Part shown: piece by piece, positions 60,307 through 64,000 of the stretch
Position numbering within the stretch: the stretch's first letter is position 1
Layout: each line of letters starts with the position of its first letter
Assembly: GCA_905178155.1 (NCBI GenBank)
Contig: CAJINV010000005.1
Location: forward strand, 1,156,392-1,220,391
DNA length: 64,000 nt
From: Amoebophrya sp. A120
Lineage: Eukaryota; Protista; Dinoflagellata
Reading direction: 5' to 3'
Notes under the pieces: generated by a model
Databases searched by the model: none
What the model was told of the DNA's origin: nothing
Seen by the model: only the letters and a program-made list of their open reading frames with translations
Program-made: the position numbers and the translations under genes

Positions 60307-61566
60307 TGGAGAAAATGGTGATCAAGATGTCCAAGCGAGCGAAAAGCGGGGGTGAGGTCGGTTGGATGGGATAGGTGAGGACGTATTGATGGAAAACATA
60401 AAGAATCAGGCTAGTGGGCACAAATGCTGGCTCGTACTACGGTTTTTTTCAACACCTTTCAAGTTCAAGGTGACATGTAGTGTTTTAGTGAACTTTCTAC
60501 ATAGAACAGGAAACCGAATAAACAGGTTTTGACTCTGAGTTTTTTACATGAAGATACCCTCAAGCAGTGTGGTTAAAACAACATAAAAGTGTAGCTGTAG
60601 CGCAAAATAGAGGCAGAAAATGCTCGATCAAATAAAAAGAAAAAAAATGAAGGAGAGTGCGGGAGAATTCAAGTTGGTATCTTACTCGTGGTTGTGGTCG
60701 CAAAGACCATGCGGGAAATAAAGACGAATGAGGCCTAACTCAGTTTCAGAGCAGATGACCATGTTGCTGGATTTCATTGCACCACACAGGAAATAAAGCC
60801 CAGCCGCTTTCTTGTGTACCGACTCTTATCTTATCCCACTGCGTAAGAAGGTGTTAGTGTTAGTACCACTGATGAAGATGCAGTGAGATAGCATGCCAAA
60901 GAAAACGCGCTGATGTAACTAACGAGGGAGAAGGGAAGCGAGGAGCTCATGGCTAGTTCATGCGAATCTATATCCTGGCCATAGCCAGCAAAGAAACGAT
61001 CCAAACAAAAGCACTCTTCATATGTCTTCTTTCAGTAGCCGTTGTTAATAAACACACGACGGTCCGAGTCCGTATACGTATAGGCCCGTAGCCTTTATCC
61101 ACATCAAATTCCCCGTACACGTACAAATGGATGCTGTTTATTCTGCATGCAAAAAACTGGCCTTCAATGTCAATCCTAGTCAGGAGCATGTCAAGAAGTG
61201 GAACACTCTAAATGAGCGAAATTTGTTCTACATTTTGTTATATTGTACGGGTGCGGGGAATGGTTGCAATTGCATAACCCACGACATCTTCAGGGCTTGT
61301 CTTGCCGAACATGATGATAGTCCTGTTCTGCTCACAGGAAATACGTTCGTTCCTGATCAGTGCAGCTGCGTGGGCGCGAGATAGAAAGGAACGAGGAAGA
61401 TCATAACGGGTCTTCATGTGGTGCGACCCCGTAAGGCTTGTTGTGCCAAACGCGGCAGCCGCTGCGCCGGCTCGATCGCTGCGTCCTCGCGGCCGACGTC
61501 CCTTCGTCCTCAACCAGAAAGAGAGCGACTTCGTGCTGCTTCCGTGCACCACCGCGACATCGTGAA

Positions 61567-64000
61567 ATGCTCGCACCCTGCTGGTACTGGTGGTGGTGGT
61601 CGTGGTTCCAGCTTGATCTCCAGAATTTGAACTATACTTCCTACATGGAACAAATCCTGGAGAAACATCATACGGGGTTGATGCGAGGACCTACGCTCCT
61701 TCTTGCCTACGCACGCACTCACCCGAACGTCGTTCGGCGGGAAGTAGAGATTCTCCCCGTAGTAGAAGAACCTGAAGATGCGGATATCAAAATGAAAAAT
61801 CACCCTTTCCCGCCATTGGAATCTGTGATGCGGGATTTGTGTACAAGTACACAAATCGAATTTGTCTTGCAGTAGGGGACTGCAGGCTGCAGATCTTAAG
61901 CCTAGGTAGAAGGAGCTTTGTGGTGTAAGTAGGCACTTCTTAGCATGGCAGAAGTCTACTACCCTGCACGCCTGACAGCATTGCAGACCGCCCGCATAAC
62001 GCGGCGGGGTCTCGTCCGGGTTTGCCTTCCTGCAAGACAGACTGACGTGATTTGCGGTCACAAATCTGCATGTTGAGAAGGATGCGCTTTCGATACGGGG
62101 AGGGGGATTTTTCTTTGCGACAGTGGAACAAGAACGACCACGACCGAATGAAGCACCAGGCGAGGACGACGCAGTGATAGATGACGCGGCTGCCCCGGGC
62201 TCACTGCGTGGTCCCGCTGGTACTACGAGTACTAGGACGAGCACCCCAAGAACCCTAACTAGAGGAAGTGCCACATCTTCAAGAGCCTCCGCGACCCTGG
62301 TCCGACGGACAGACGTCGAGAGCCGTGCCGCGGTGGAGAAGGGAAACGATCAAGCTGGACATCATGAAAATGAAGCAGGTCGTGCTGGACCACCAGGACG
62401 GACCACTCCTGCTGTATTCTCGGGGCGCGGGCAGATGAAGATGGATGCGGATGCGGTAGTCCGGAGCGACGAGGGCGTCGAGGGTCAAGTGGATCAAGAT
62501 GCAGACCTTTCAGCAGATGAACAACAGTACAACTACGGTCAAGATAGAGATGATGTCGATCTGTGGTCCAAAAACACCAATTCCGTTGTTCATCATCATG
62601 ATTTGGTGGCCGCTGCTCCCTCCGCTTCTACGAATTATACCACCTCCACGAGGCAGCGGGATTCCCACCAGCGTAGTATGCAGCGCCGTCACGAACACGA
62701 GCACGACACCATAATTGACAATAAACCTGGTGTCCGTGAAGCAGATCACCCAGATGAAGCAGAAACCTTCTCGGGAACTAATTACGTCCAGGCTGTGCTG
62801 TCCTCCTCCAGTAGAACTAGAACCCCAGAAGAGGATGCTCACTATCAACTTCACTGCATTGAGAAGAGCCGGTTCACCACCAAAAGAGGCGTTAACCACA
62901 TGCAATGGTCGATGTATGGCTGGGACCCGGATGACCACTGCGGATGGGACTACTGGGGGTATGACCACTGCTGCTACACAATAAAGCCTAATGGTGAGTA
63001 CTCCGCTAGTGTTCCTGCTACGGACAACAAGGACGGCTGGAAGCAGTGGAGGACGGATGAGTGGCACGGCAGCGGTTCGGGATTCGACCGTGACGCGGTA
63101 GATGACGTCCTGGCAGGTTTCAAGCAGTCCACTACGGAGATAAGTATTCCGATGACGGCCGTCGACAACGAATTATGCCACACCTCTTCGCTCACAGTGA
63201 TCGAAAAACTGTACATTGCGCGAGACAGGACCGGTTGGCGTAGGGGGTGCGATTGGAAGGGCTCATGGCATACGGACTATTGTTATTCCGACCCGAGTAA
63301 CAGCTACGGCTTCGACAGCGACGAAAAGACGTCGCACTTCCTCAAGGAGAACACGTGCGGCAATGTGGCCATGGAGGAAAAAGTGCACTTGGCGTCTTGG
63401 CGTGCACGCGTCCAAGATGCAAGTGCGAGCTGGGAGACTGGGGGGACTGGAGCCCCTGTAGCAAGACTTGCGGCGGCGGCTACAAGATGCGGACACGGTA
63501 CTGGCAGCCCCCCCACGATGGAATTGCATGCGATGGCAATGAAGAGCCAGACATCGAGGACAGCCACTGTTCCGAACAGGATTGCTGGGTCCACCCGAGT
63601 CCCACCCCGGCAGCCTATCCGAGTCCCACCCCGGCGGCCACCCCGAGTCCTACCATCGCCACCACGCCTAGCCCGGTGAACCCGAGTCCCACCACCACGA
63701 CCACCACCACCACCACCACCACCACCACCACCACCACCACCACCACCACCACCACCACCACCACCACCACCACCACCACCACCACCACCACCACCACCAC
63801 CACCACCACCACCACCACCACCACCACCACCACCACCACCACCACCACCACCACCACCACCACCACCACCACCACCACCACCACCACCACCACCACCACC
63901 ACCACCACCACCACCACCACCACCACCACCACCACCACCACCACCACCACCACCACCACCACCACCACCACCACCACCACCACCACCACCACCACCACCA
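61567..64000 (+). CDS. Cys/Trp-rich protein with thrombospondin type-1 domain and poly-Thr mucin stalk; apparent frameshift at about 63301-63420; runs out of window
   Basis: Frame restored across introner 61785-62122. WGDWSPCSKTCGGGYKMRTR (from 63439) and PSPT/poly-Thr are in frame 1, whereas ORF 62123-63679 is in frame 2. Confidence 0.6.
61785..62122. mobile_element. Introner, group E, degenerate (338 bp); right end ACA
   Basis: TATCAAAATGAAAAATCACCC...GGGGAGGGGGATTTTTCTTTGCGACA; TSD GCGGA/GTGGA; frame restored (DAEQER). Confidence 0.8.
63691..64000 (+). repeat. (ACC)n microsatellite encoding poly-Thr, over 100 units, truncated by window end
   Basis: Direct reading; in frame with the PSPT repeats and the TSP1 domain. 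Confidence 0.97.

Noticed and set aside
45278-61096. Partial matches to the dinoflagellate spliced leader (TGGCTCAAG near 45282, CCATTTTGGC at 54101, CCGTAGCC near 61086)
   Set aside because: Only 8-10 nt fragments, expected by chance; no full relic leader.
63615-63998. Minus-strand poly-Val ORF
   Set aside because: Antisense reading of the (ACC)n poly-Thr tract.
1-64000. rRNA, tRNA or snRNA genes, or an autonomous transposase for the introners
   Set aside because: None recognisable by eye; a covariance-model and HMM search would be needed to exclude them.

Overview
Eukaryotic (alveolate) genomic DNA. Gene structure, PPR/CCp-like content, strict co-orientation and intron type most resemble the parasitic dinoflagellate Amoebophrya (Syndiniales); this assignment is an inference. 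About 15 protein-coding genes, all on the + strand: an M64-like zinc peptidase with EF-hand/Cys repeats, a tandem pair of class-3 lipases, a MORN protein, a pyridoxal kinase-HAD phosphatase fusion, a ricin/discoidin protein, a surface coiled-coil protein, a PPR protein, ETF-alpha, a TSP1/mucin protein and hypotheticals. The dominant signal is 29 short (109-387 bp) non-coding elements inserted inside coding sequences. Each runs TAT...ATA (two have a mutated right end), has long terminal inverted repeats (TIRs) from about 7 groups, and is flanked by a 5-bp target-site duplication (TSD; 21 perfect, 8 with 1-2 mismatches). None has GT-AG ends of its own. Removing element plus one TSD restores the reading frame at all 29 sites, including conserved catalytic motifs. 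The same element occurs in both orientations in + strand genes, and a paralog pair shows filled versus empty sites. They behave as DNA-transposon-derived, orientation-independent non-canonical introns (introners) that coexist with ordinary GT-AG introns. Coordinates were read by eye, and exact splice positions within the TSDs cannot be fixed without transcripts.
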